A stretch of 64,000 bases of DNA from contig JAWOCD010000016.1 in assembly GCA_046483985.1 (NCBI GenBank), positions 1 through 64,000 of the forward strand. Reading direction: 5' to 3'. A program made the translations under genes and the position numbers. The stretch is from Promethearchaeia archaeon (GTDB lineage Archaea > Asgardarchaeota > Lokiarchaeia > Sigyniarchaeales > SOKP01). A model generated the notes under the pieces. It saw only the letters and a list, made by a program, of their open reading frames with translations, did not search any database and was not told the origin of the DNA. This document shows positions 20,196-28,333 of the stretch, in pieces (positions within the stretch are counted from its first letter, which is position 1; every line of letters begins with the position of its first letter).

Positions 20196-23180
20196 ATGGT
20201 ATTTTTTAGAGAGTTTGAAATCGATTTAAATGGTTTAAAAAGAGCTAAAGAGGAATATGATATAGAAAATTGGTTTGATAATTTATTTGAGAAATTAGAT
20301 CTTTCCTATCAAGCTCAACATAGAGTTTTAGAGGGTCGCCCAGATTGTTTAATTGGAGATGTAATATTAGATTTTAAATACAATATCAATGAAAAGGAAT
20401 TAGAGAAATGGGTCAAATCTAAAGGGATTCAATATATCGAAGAGTACTTTCAGACTCGTGGGGTTTATCCAACACTTTTAATTATAATTTCAGAAGAAAA
20501 TATCTGGTATTATAATAAGGATGGTTTCCTACAAAATAAAAGAAAAATATCAAAGGAAACAATTAATTCTCTTATTGAGTGCCTTTTTGAACCCGGAATT
20601 ATAGATTCAGAGCAATTTGCCATACTTTTTGGAATAAACTCACCTCTTTACGTTATTGCTTATTCACAATTAAAGGACCATTTCTACTCTCATAAAGCAC
20701 ATAAGACCGTATGTTTTCAGCAATGGAAAAATAATTTCAGCTTAGCCTATCATGATGATGAAATAGGTGTGGAATTATTTTTACGGCATTCTTATTTGAA
20801 TATGCTTCTCAAGTTAATTCTCTATAAAGAATTTATGGAACCAAATGAATATTCCAGAGACTCTTTCAAGGGACTTGAAAACTATTTCGAATTATTGGGA
20901 ATTTCTTTATTCCATTATGATTTTTTTCGTTGGATAATTAACGTAAAGAACCTCTGCGATATTTTTTTTGAAAAGATAAAATTGATGACTTTTAAAGCAA
21001 CAGATATTTTTCGGGTCATCTATCAAGAAATGATTATTGCAGGTGTGAGACATAGGTTGGGTGAATATTATACACCAGAGATCTTGTGTAAGAAAATGAT
21101 TGAAAAAGAATATGAGATAGGAATGAGGGTTCTTGATTCTTCATGTGGTTCTGGAACATTTCTAATAGAAACGCTTAAGAAAATAAATAATTATTTTAAT
21201 CTATCGGAAGCCGAAGAACCTCCAGATGAATGGTATGAATCTGTAAATAATTTGTTTGGATTCGATATTAACCCTATAGCGATATTAACTTCAAAAGCTA
21301 ATTTCCTTCTCTATCTTAAGTCTAAAAAGAACTGGATCGAAGATATTTCAATCAATATTTATTTATACAATTCAATTGACCCTTTACGGTCTTCATCGGT
21401 CGCAGATATAGAATTAGGGCGATATTATAGCTTTTGTGTTGATCTTTTAGATGAAGAAATGGAATTGAGAATTCCTGGAAAAGCCCTTTCCCCAAGTAAT
21501 ATTGAACAGTTCCAGAAACTTGTTAAGGCAGTTTATAATGTATGGGAAGATTTTAGTACTTTTGAGGATACTTGGGAGGCGGCTCTTAATAGAGTGAGGA
21601 AAGATAATAAATCTGAACTTTTTAAAAGTACATCTTCACTACTTCGGGGAATAATTACGTTTTTTAGGGAATTATATGAATTGAAATCACAAGATAAGGA
21701 TCATATTTGGTTATATATACTTAATAACCTGGTCGAAATTAGAACCTTGCTCCTTAAAAAAAAAATGGATTTAATTATTACTAATCCTCCATGGTTAACA
21801 TATAAAGATGCAGATCAAAGCCTTAGAGATAATCTTAAAGATATTTCTGAAGAATTCAATATCAAACCAGGTGCTCACAACGTAACAAATATTGAGGAAG
21901 CTATAGTATTTTTATATAAAATCCCCGATTTATACTTGAGAAGAGATGGGAAAGGTAGAGTTGCCTTTGTCCTTCCACGATCTATTTTAGTTTCTTCCCA
22001 AAATGAGAAAGCTAGACGATTTGATTATTTTAAAGATTTAGAGTTTTTTGAATTCAATGATATGATTTTCAATATTGATTGTTGTTGCTTTTTTGGAACT
22101 TATACAACTCAAACTCCAACTAAGAAAGATCCTATGAAAAAATATCCTGTAAATAGTAGATTCTTTGATGCAAAAACTATGGAATTTTTAAACATATTTC
22201 ACATAGAACCTTACGTATATTTCCAAGAGAAATTAGGAGAAAAATATAAGGTAAAGCGGTTGATAAAAAAAGAAAAAAAAGAAGATCTTTTTCCAGTTTA
22301 TTTATCTGATTATTACAAGGATTTTATTCAAGGTGCCGATCTAATTCCAAAATCATTACTATATGTGCAAATTCTTGATACTATTGAAAAAGGCCGTATC
22401 TCTCTTATAGATCCATGGATCTCTCCCCAAGCTAAGGGTAAATGGAAAGAGAGGTATTATACTCGTGAAAGAGTTGAAAGTAAACATCTTTTTAAAGCAA
22501 CTTTATCAAGAGGTTTATATCCTTTCTATATTGATCCTTATGATATATTCTTACCCTTAGATGATCACTTAGAATATAAAGTTTCCAATATTGGACCATT
22601 CGCTCGAAAACATTGGAAATTTATCAAAAAGATATATGCAAAAATCAATGAGAAAGATTTATTTGAAGTTGGGATCAATTACCGACATAAACTATGTAAA
22701 AACAATAAGGTACGAGAAGCTCAAAGAAAACCTTATAAAATAGTTTTTCCAAATGCAAAAAGATTGATGGCTGCTGTTATTGAGGACCCAGAAGGGACTA
22801 CATTTGTGGATTCCACCTTATATTATTTTGGGACTGAAATAAAAGAAGAAGCATTCTATTTATGCGGAATGCTTAATATTAGAGAACTAAGAAAGAGTGT
22901 CAAGACAATTAGCGATACTCGTCATCATCATAAAAGACCCCTTTATTTTAATATTCCTCAATATCAAGGTACTAAAATTCAAAATAATATAGCGAGGCTC
23001 TCAAAGGAATGTTATGAGATTGTTAAAAAATATGTAAAATCAGAAGGAAAACCGAGAGCTAGGAATATAAGGAAAATAATAGAAGACAAGTATAATCAAA
23101 TTAGAAATTTAGGATTAAAGATATTAAATGAAAAAGAAGGTATGAAAGTTATTAAGGAATATCTTATAAAAGAGGGTTAA
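20196..23180 (+). CDS. Type IIG-like restriction-modification enzyme (N6-adenine methyltransferase with N-terminal nuclease-like domain)
   Basis: RPD...LDFK nuclease-like motif, GEYYTP, VLDSSCGSGTFL, GFDINP, NPPW. Confidence 0.85.
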   Translation: MVFFREFEIDLNGLKRAKEEYDIENWFDNLFEKLDLSYQAQHRVLEGRPDCLIGDVILDFKYNINEKELEKWVKSKGIQYIEEYFQTRGVYPTLLIIISEENIWYYNKDGFLQNKRKISKETINSLIECLFEPGIIDSEQFAILFGINSPLYVIAYSQLKDHFYSHKAHKTVCFQQWKNNFSLAYHDDEIGVELFLRHSYLNMLLKLILYKEFMEPNEYSRDSFKGLENYFELLGISLFHYDFFRWIINVKNLCDIFFEKIKLMTFKATDIFRVIYQEMIIAGVRHRLGEYYTPEILCKKMIEKEYEIGMRVLDSSCGSGTFLIETLKKINNYFNLSEAEEPPDEWYESVNNLFGFDINPIAILTSKANFLLYLKSKKNWIEDISINIYLYNSIDPLRSSSVADIELGRYYSFCVDLLDEEMELRIPGKALSPSNIEQFQKLVKAVYNVWEDFSTFEDTWEAALNRVRKDNKSELFKSTSSLLRGIITFFRELYELKSQDKDHIWLYILNNLVEIRTLLLKKKMDLIITNPPWLTYKDADQSLRDNLKDISEEFNIKPGAHNVTNIEEAIVFLYKIPDLYLRRDGKGRVAFVLPRSILVSSQNEKARRFDYFKDLEFFEFNDMIFNIDCCCFFGTYTTQTPTKKDPMKKYPVNSRFFDAKTMEFLNIFHIEPYVYFQEKLGEKYKVKRLIKKEKKEDLFPVYLSDYYKDFIQGADLIPKSLLYVQILDTIEKGRISLIDPWISPQAKGKWKERYYTRERVESKHLFKATLSRGLYPFYIDPYDIFLPLDDHLEYKVSNIGPFARKHWKFIKKIYAKINEKDLFEVGINYRHKLCKNNKVREAQRKPYKIVFPNAKRLMAAVIEDPEGTTFVDSTLYYFGTEIKEEAFYLCGMLNIRELRKSVKTISDTRHHHKRPLYFNIPQYQGTKIQNNIARLSKECYEIVKKYVKSEGKPRARNIRKIIEDKYNQIRNLGLKILNEKEGMKVIKEYLIKEG

Positions 23181-23262
23181 GGAAAAGAGAATAATTGAAA
23201 ACTTTATTTTATAATGAATATAATTTCAAATCATATTTTTAACATTTTGAGATTGGAAAAAG

Positions 23263-23583
23263 ATGGATTCAAATAAAGGATGGAAAAAATTAGAAATTAG
23301 AGCAATAAAAATTGAAGGAGATTGTCCAGTATTTCAAAAAGGAGATGTGATGATAATTGATGGCCCGACCATTGATTTAAAAGGCTCAGATGCCGTCTGC
23401 ATACACGCATTATTTTCGCTTGGTCCCTTTATCATGGCTCTTCGTGAGGGAATACCACCCAAAAAACTTGGATTAAGCAAAAAGGAAAAGGGAGCTGCCT
23501 ATTATCAATGTCTCGATCCCGGAAAAGAATATACCGAGGGAGGAACCGTCTTGTTTGAGGTAAAACGAGTCAGTAGGGAGTAA
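23263..23583 (+). CDS. TIGR04076-like small Cys-containing protein
   Basis: GDCPVFQKGD, VCIHAL, QCLDPG, GGTVLFEV. Confidence 0.75.
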   Translation: MDSNKGWKKLEIRAIKIEGDCPVFQKGDVMIIDGPTIDLKGSDAVCIHALFSLGPFIMALREGIPPKKLGLSKKEKGAAYYQCLDPGKEYTEGGTVLFEVKRVSRE

Positions 23584-23617
23584 TTTAATGGAGTAATTTG
23601 ATGCTAAAGTGGTCTAA

Positions 23618-23891
23618 TCAAACGTAATAGATGAGCGCCATACCTCATCGACCTGTCCTGTGTGTAATGTTAAGGTAAAACCGAAAGACAGGAGTTTCAA
23701 GTGTTTCAATTGCGAATATAGAAACGACAGAGATGTGGTAGGAAGCATAAATATCTTAAAGAAATACGATCAAATTCACCGTCCCTTCGGGGACGATCAT
23801 ATCGGGGTGGAGAACCATCTTGTGTTGTCTAAGGTGTATATAGCACATTAGGGAGCACGAATCCACCGCCCTTTAGGGCGTGGTAGTTCAA
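23618..23891 (+). mobile_element. tnpB: IS200/IS605-family remnant: tnpB zinc-ribbon/RuvC-III fragment, omega-RNA region and right end
   Basis: VIDERHTSSTCPVC...FKCFNCEYRNDRDVVGSINIL, followed by hairpins and GAATCCACCGCCCTTTAGGGCGTGGTAGTTCAA. Confidence 0.88.
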
Positions 23892-24443
23892 TATGTGGAC
23901 CATGGATTCGGTCGCTATATCGGGAAAGAAGAGGCTTTCGAAATATTAGAAAAAGCGGAAGCGGACGGACTCGTTCTCCAAGTTGGCAATTCTCAGAACA
24001 TGAATTTTATTTGTACTTGTTGTGCATGTTGTTGTGGTGCTCTTCAAGCCGCAAAAATGGCACCCAATACCGCGGCATTTTATCAAACCAATTATTATGC
24101 CGAAATCGATCACAAACTCTGTACGGGATGCAAAACATGTTTAGAACGGTGTCAAGCGGATGCACTCACCATAAAAAATGAGAAAGCTTGGGTGGATTTA
24201 AAGAATTGTATTGGCTGCGGCCTCTGCGTTACCACCTGTCCTGTTGAGGCTATTTCGCTTAAAAAAACGGGAAGAGAATATCACCCTCCAAAAGGCGCAT
24301 ATCGTCTGTTCTTTAAAATTATGAAAGAAAGGTTGGGCCGATTTCAAGTTTTGAAGACTATTTTTAATGCAACCTTTCGGACTGGGTTTATCTATATCAT
24401 TACCTTTTTATTGATTTATCTGCTGATAATGTTTTTATTATAA
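23880..24443 (+). pseudogene. 5'-truncated 4Fe-4S dicluster protein
   Basis: ICTCCACCCG, CTGCKTCLERC, CIGCGLCVTTCP; the predicted start lies inside the IS right end, so the N-terminus is probably lost. Confidence 0.7.
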
Positions 24444-24459
24444 ATCAAAAATGAATCAT

Positions 24460-24819
24460 TTAGATATAAAGTGTGTCCGGAGGCTTATCTCTCTGCTGAG
24501 TTGAGGTGCTCTGTCTAAAGATAGAATTCAGAAACTCCCGTAGTCCACTTTGCCGCATGGTTCGATACAAGTCTGTGAGATCTATATTGGACACATCATA
24601 TCCTTGTTTATCGTAGAGTTTTCGTTTTTTCGGATCTTTTAACGTTTCATAAGCCTCGTTGATTTTAATAAATTTCTCTTCTACTTGGGGATCGTTCTTA
24701 TTTAAATCGGGATGATATTTTAATGCCAATTTTCGATAAGCCGTTTTGATTTCCTCAGTGGTCGCATCCGCATCAATTCCTAAAATATCATAGTAATCCC
24801 TTTTTTGGTCTGGGTTCAG
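24460..24819 (-). CDS. Small J-domain (DnaJ-like) protein, probable CTG start
   Basis: Frame extends 30 codons upstream of the listed ORF as [38 protein letters not shown]; GGTGA lies 6 nt before the CTG. Confidence 0.85.
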   Translation of the reverse strand: MNPDQKRDYYDILGIDADATTEEIKTAYRKLALKYHPDLNKNDPQVEEKFIKINEAYETLKDPKKRKLYDKQGYDVSNIDLTDLYRTMRQSGLREFLNSIFRQSTSTQQRDKPPDTLYI

Positions 24820-25025
24820 ATCTATTCACCTTCAGTCCATCTATTACTATAGTAAAAAAAATGACCATATATAAACTTCAATTTGATAAATAACAAGCCG
24901 TTATCGTTTTTCTTTTAGACGATAAAACCATTCTTGACCTTATTTTTAGAAATTAAAAACCAAAATTATTAGTAAATTAATCGCTTTTCAAACCTAATTA
25001 AAGGAGACTATATTTTACAGATAAA

Positions 25026-25145
25026 ATGTTGTTTTGTCAAACTTGTGGATATATTCTGGAGCAAAATAAAAAACCCGGCAGATATTACTATTGTCCCCGT
25101 TGTAATAAGGTGCGAATGTTTTTTGGCTCTGCAGAATTAAAATGA
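25026..25145 (+). CDS. 39-aa C4 zinc-ribbon microprotein
   Basis: MLFCQTCGYILEQNKKPGRYYYCPRCNKVRMFFGSAELK; two CxxC pairs; too short for the ORF track. Confidence 0.6.
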   Translation: MLFCQTCGYILEQNKKPGRYYYCPRCNKVRMFFGSAELK

Positions 25146-25269
25146 TAGATCAATGAAATATAAAATTATCCCTTTTCGAATGAAGAGCATATAAAATGAT
25201 AGATATGCTCGGACGACCTTGCACGGGAAAAAGGGGATATAATTAAAATGGTACTGTATTATGTATATT

Positions 25270-25776
25270 ATGAGCACTTCGGATCAAATCTCAGGTGTTC
25301 CAATAGGTTCTCAAGCCCCCGCATTTAACATGGAGGATATCGATGGCAACGCGGTGAAATTAACGGATCTCTTAGAACAATACAACGCTGTACTTATTGA
25401 TTTTTTTAGAGGTGCTTGGTGACACGGTTGAGTAAACCATCTCAAACTTCTCTCGGATAACCTCGAATTATTTCGGCGGCATAATGTCAAACTCCTAAGT
25501 ATTTCCAGTGATTCCGCAAGAAATATGAGCCAGCTAAAACAGAAACATCGGTTTGATATCACCTTTGTTTCAGATCCTGGGACAAAAATTGCTAAAAAGT
25601 ATGAAGTTTCCATGTATGAGCAACTCGGTGAATCAAAGTTGAAGGCATTGCAAGCCTTACCCTCAAAATTTTTGATCAATTCAGACGGTAAAATTAAATG
25701 GAAATATTTAGCCGAATCTAAATTGGACAGACCTTCCATCGACCAAATAGAAGGGGCACTCGAAGAATATCTATAA
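25270..25776 (+). CDS. AhpC/TSA (peroxiredoxin-like) selenoprotein with a UxxU motif
   Basis: Continuous frame MSTSDQISGVPIGSQAPAFNMEDIDGNAVKLTDLL..LIDFFRGAW-TGA-HG-TGA-VNHL..SISSDS..FVSDPG..PSKFLINSDGKIKW; TGA at 25420 and 25429 replace the CxxC cysteines; SECIS-like hairpin downstream; alternative ATG at 25261. Confidence 0.88.
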
Positions 25777-25780
25777 ATAA

Positions 25781-25847
25781 GATCCCACGGAATGAGTCAA
25801 ATATAAAATTTTAGATATTTGAGGACAGCCCTTGCAAGGGCGGGATC
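25781..25847 (+). promoter_or_regulatory. Eukaryote-type SECIS-like element in the 3' UTR
   Basis: GATCCC/GGGATC outer helix; ATGA at 25792; TCAAATAT/ATATTTGA stem with an A-rich loop; GA at 25824; side hairpin GCCCTTGCAAGGGC. Confidence 0.78.
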
Positions 25848-26567
25848 ATTTCATTCAATGATTATATCTTTGGTTCGCTGAGTTTTTTGACAATCCTCAC
25901 GTGTTTCATAGTTGGAGCCATAATTGCTTCAAAGTACATTCAATATAAGCAAAACACCTTATTATTTATAGGACTAGCAATTTGTGGAATATACATCCCA
26001 TGGTGGCCCTCTGGTTTCGCCTTTATTTATGCACTATTAACAAATGGGGCTAAAATTTCCGATCCGACCTATTTTATTATTGGGAATGCGCTCATCCCCC
26101 TATTTGCCTTTCTCTGGGTCTATGGCATCTCACTGCTCTTGAATCTAAAAAGAAAATGGCTTCTACCCGTTATATATTTAGTGATCACGATTGCAATGGA
26201 TATCTACCTATTTTATTATTTAATTACAGATTACACGGCCATTGGAAATGTTAGCGGGTATTTTGATGCGCAATATAATCCCCTTATGAGTCTTTATTTA
26301 ATTTTCATTAATTTATCAGTGGTTGTAACAGGATTATTATTTGCCAGAAGGTCATTAAAAGCCGAAAGTGAAAAGATTCGCTTAAAAGGCAAATTTCTAG
26401 TAGTCGCTTTTCTCTGTTATTTTTTCGGAGCCGTTTTCGATGCTGAGACGACTATATCTCCCATAATCTTAATAATCTCGCGATTTGTTTTAATTAGCGG
26501 TGCGATTTGCTTTTATATTGGATTTTTATTACCGCAGTTTATACTCCGGCTATTTGAATTTGAATAA
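25848..26567 (+). CDS. Multi-pass (about 7 TM) membrane protein; start uncertain (ATT at 25848 or TTG at 25887)
   Basis: Hydrophobic throughout; the frame is open upstream as ISFNDYIFGSLSF, which completes the first TM helix. Confidence 0.7.
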   Translation: MSFNDYIFGSLSFLTILTCFIVGAIIASKYIQYKQNTLLFIGLAICGIYIPWWPSGFAFIYALLTNGAKISDPTYFIIGNALIPLFAFLWVYGISLLLNLKRKWLLPVIYLVITIAMDIYLFYYLITDYTAIGNVSGYFDAQYNPLMSLYLIFINLSVVVTGLLFARRSLKAESEKIRLKGKFLVVAFLCYFFGAVFDAETTISPIILIISRFVLISGAICFYIGFLLPQFILRLFEFE

Positions 26568-26578
26568 ACTATCTTAAT

Positions 26579-27640
26579 TTACAAATGATCTATTATTTTG
26601 GTATCTGGAAATTCTAAGATAAAGTCTTCTCCAAATGCTTGGGCGGGTGTGAGCGAACCCTTTATATTCAAATTATCTATTTTTTTAACTGATTTAATTG
26701 CAGATATTGCAGTTAGCCTATAGGCTTCAATAGTACTTAACCATGCTTCCGCTTCTTCACCATTTTCATTTTTTACCCTTGCCCAGATTTGTGATCTCCC
26801 TGATTCTCTTGCTTGTTTATCAGGACCTTCAATATTTTTCTCTACCCATCGTTTTGCAAGTTTTCGCATAAACTTGACTTTAAACAAATTTCTTACAATA
26901 AACCCATACTTTGTCATTGCATTTTCAAACTGTCTGGGGATCGGCATATAGGCGGTAATATTTGGAATTCCGGTAGATCTGTAGGCGGTTGCCACATCCC
27001 CCCACCCAATAGGATATAATTCTCTTGTTTTATCTAAAAATTTGATTGCTCTAGCATCTTTTCCGAATGTTTTTTCTTTTAATTTCCCATTTCTTCTTAC
27101 CACCACGGCAGAAGGAATACTTTCAATCATTGTTTTCATTGTTCCGGGACTGCTCTGACTGAGAGCAAGTATCCCCAGCTCTAAATCTATAGGATTATTT
27201 ATTTTTTCGCTTACATAAACAGATAAGCAATCACTAGGCACAACATCAAAACCTACTCCCGAAATAATTGCAATATCTTTTTCAATTGCTTTTTGATTAC
27301 GTGCAAAATTTTGCTCAAAAACGCTAATTTCTCCGGTAATATCCAAGTAATTCACAGAATGCTGAAGACAAGCCTTCACTAATGGCGCACTTGTATGTTT
27401 AAAAGGGCCAGCAGCATTAAAAAGGATATCATATTCAGGGATGATATTATTAATCTTGTTTTCCTCTTTTAAGTTGAATATTTCATAGTCTAATTCCTTT
27501 TTTTCGGCAAGAACTTTTACTTTTTCGGCATCCCGACCAGAAATTACTGGTTTTAAGTTTTGCCGCATCGCTTCTTCGGTAATTAGTTTACCAGTATAGC
27601 CATAGGCGCCATATAATAACCATTTCATTTTTTTTATCAT
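26579..27640 (-). CDS. Saccharopine dehydrogenase-like oxidoreductase
   Basis: YGAYGYTG, NAAGPF, YLDITGE, GVGFDVVPSD, SPGT, WGDVATAYRSTGIPNI. Confidence 0.9.
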   Translation of the reverse strand: MIKKMKWLLYGAYGYTGKLITEEAMRQNLKPVISGRDAEKVKVLAEKKELDYEIFNLKEENKINNIIPEYDILFNAAGPFKHTSAPLVKACLQHSVNYLDITGEISVFEQNFARNQKAIEKDIAIISGVGFDVVPSDCLSVYVSEKINNPIDLELGILALSQSSPGTMKTMIESIPSAVVVRRNGKLKEKTFGKDARAIKFLDKTRELYPIGWGDVATAYRSTGIPNITAYMPIPRQFENAMTKYGFIVRNLFKVKFMRKLAKRWVEKNIEGPDKQARESGRSQIWARVKNENGEEAEAWLSTIEAYRLTAISAIKSVKKIDNLNIKGSLTPAQAFGEDFILEFPDTKIIDHL

Positions 27641-27786
27641 TTTAAGTAGTAATTAATAGATAAATCTAATATTTTTAAAGGTCTCCGCAAATATAAATCC
27701 TAATTAAATGGATTAAAAGATAATTCAATTTAAAAAATACCAACAAATAAATAAGTAAGGAGTATTATTAGGTTAGCAGCATCACA

Positions 27787-28293
27787 ATGAAAGAAAAAAT
27801 ATTTATTCACGCCCTCATCATATCAGACGAGCAGGGAAGATTTTTAGTCGATCTTATCCGTAATAAGAATCTCGATACTGCCCAATTGTCTGGTTTTATC
27901 TCTGCATTAAAAATGTTTGGAGAGGAAACATTAGGTGACATTGAAGCCATTTCAATAGATGGATTAGATATTGATATGTTAGTGGTTAGCAAGTATGATT
28001 TGGTCTTTATATCTATCATGGACACGTATTGTGCTCAAATCACAGATTTTCGGAAAGGATGTGAAAAGGCTTTAGATACTTTTTATAAGAAATATAAAGA
28101 TAAATTATTCAATTGGGATGGGGATCTCAGACAATTTCGGGAGTTTAAAGACATTCTAAAAGACCAAGTTAAAAAATACCTCGAAAAAATGAGAGAATAC
28201 GAACGACAAATGATACAAGTAGTTCAAAAAGATAAAAATAATGAAGATCTTAAAAGAAGTAAGCGAAGATTCTCTAAGAAGCGTGGAGAATAG
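27787..28293 (+). CDS. Longin-like domain protein
   Basis: LIISDEQGRFL, LSGFISALKMFGEE, ALDTFYKKY..WDGDLRQFREF. Confidence 0.72.
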   Translation: MKEKIFIHALIISDEQGRFLVDLIRNKNLDTAQLSGFISALKMFGEETLGDIEAISIDGLDIDMLVVSKYDLVFISIMDTYCAQITDFRKGCEKALDTFYKKYKDKLFNWDGDLRQFREFKDILKDQVKKYLEKMREYERQMIQVVQKDKNNEDLKRSKRRFSKKRGE

Positions 28294-28333
28294 TATTCTT
28301 GTACAAAACCGTGTTAATAATAAAAAAAAGATT

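Noticed and set aside
24820-24840. In-frame ATG-GAC-TGA-AGG-TGA upstream of the J-domain gene, suggesting a second double-Sec protein
   Set aside because: One TGA is part of the GGTGA Shine-Dalgarno-like motif, J domains have no Cys there, and I see no SECIS-like hairpin after the gene.
25270-25524. Reading the peroxiredoxin-like gene as a pseudogene, or as evidence of genome-wide TGA reassignment
   Set aside because: Both stops fall exactly on the catalytic Cys positions with no other lesion, and TGA ends normal genes elsewhere (for example 18845 and 54946).
25311-25739. 142-aa minus-strand ORF
   Set aside because: It is the antisense shadow of the selenoprotein gene and has no recognisable motif.
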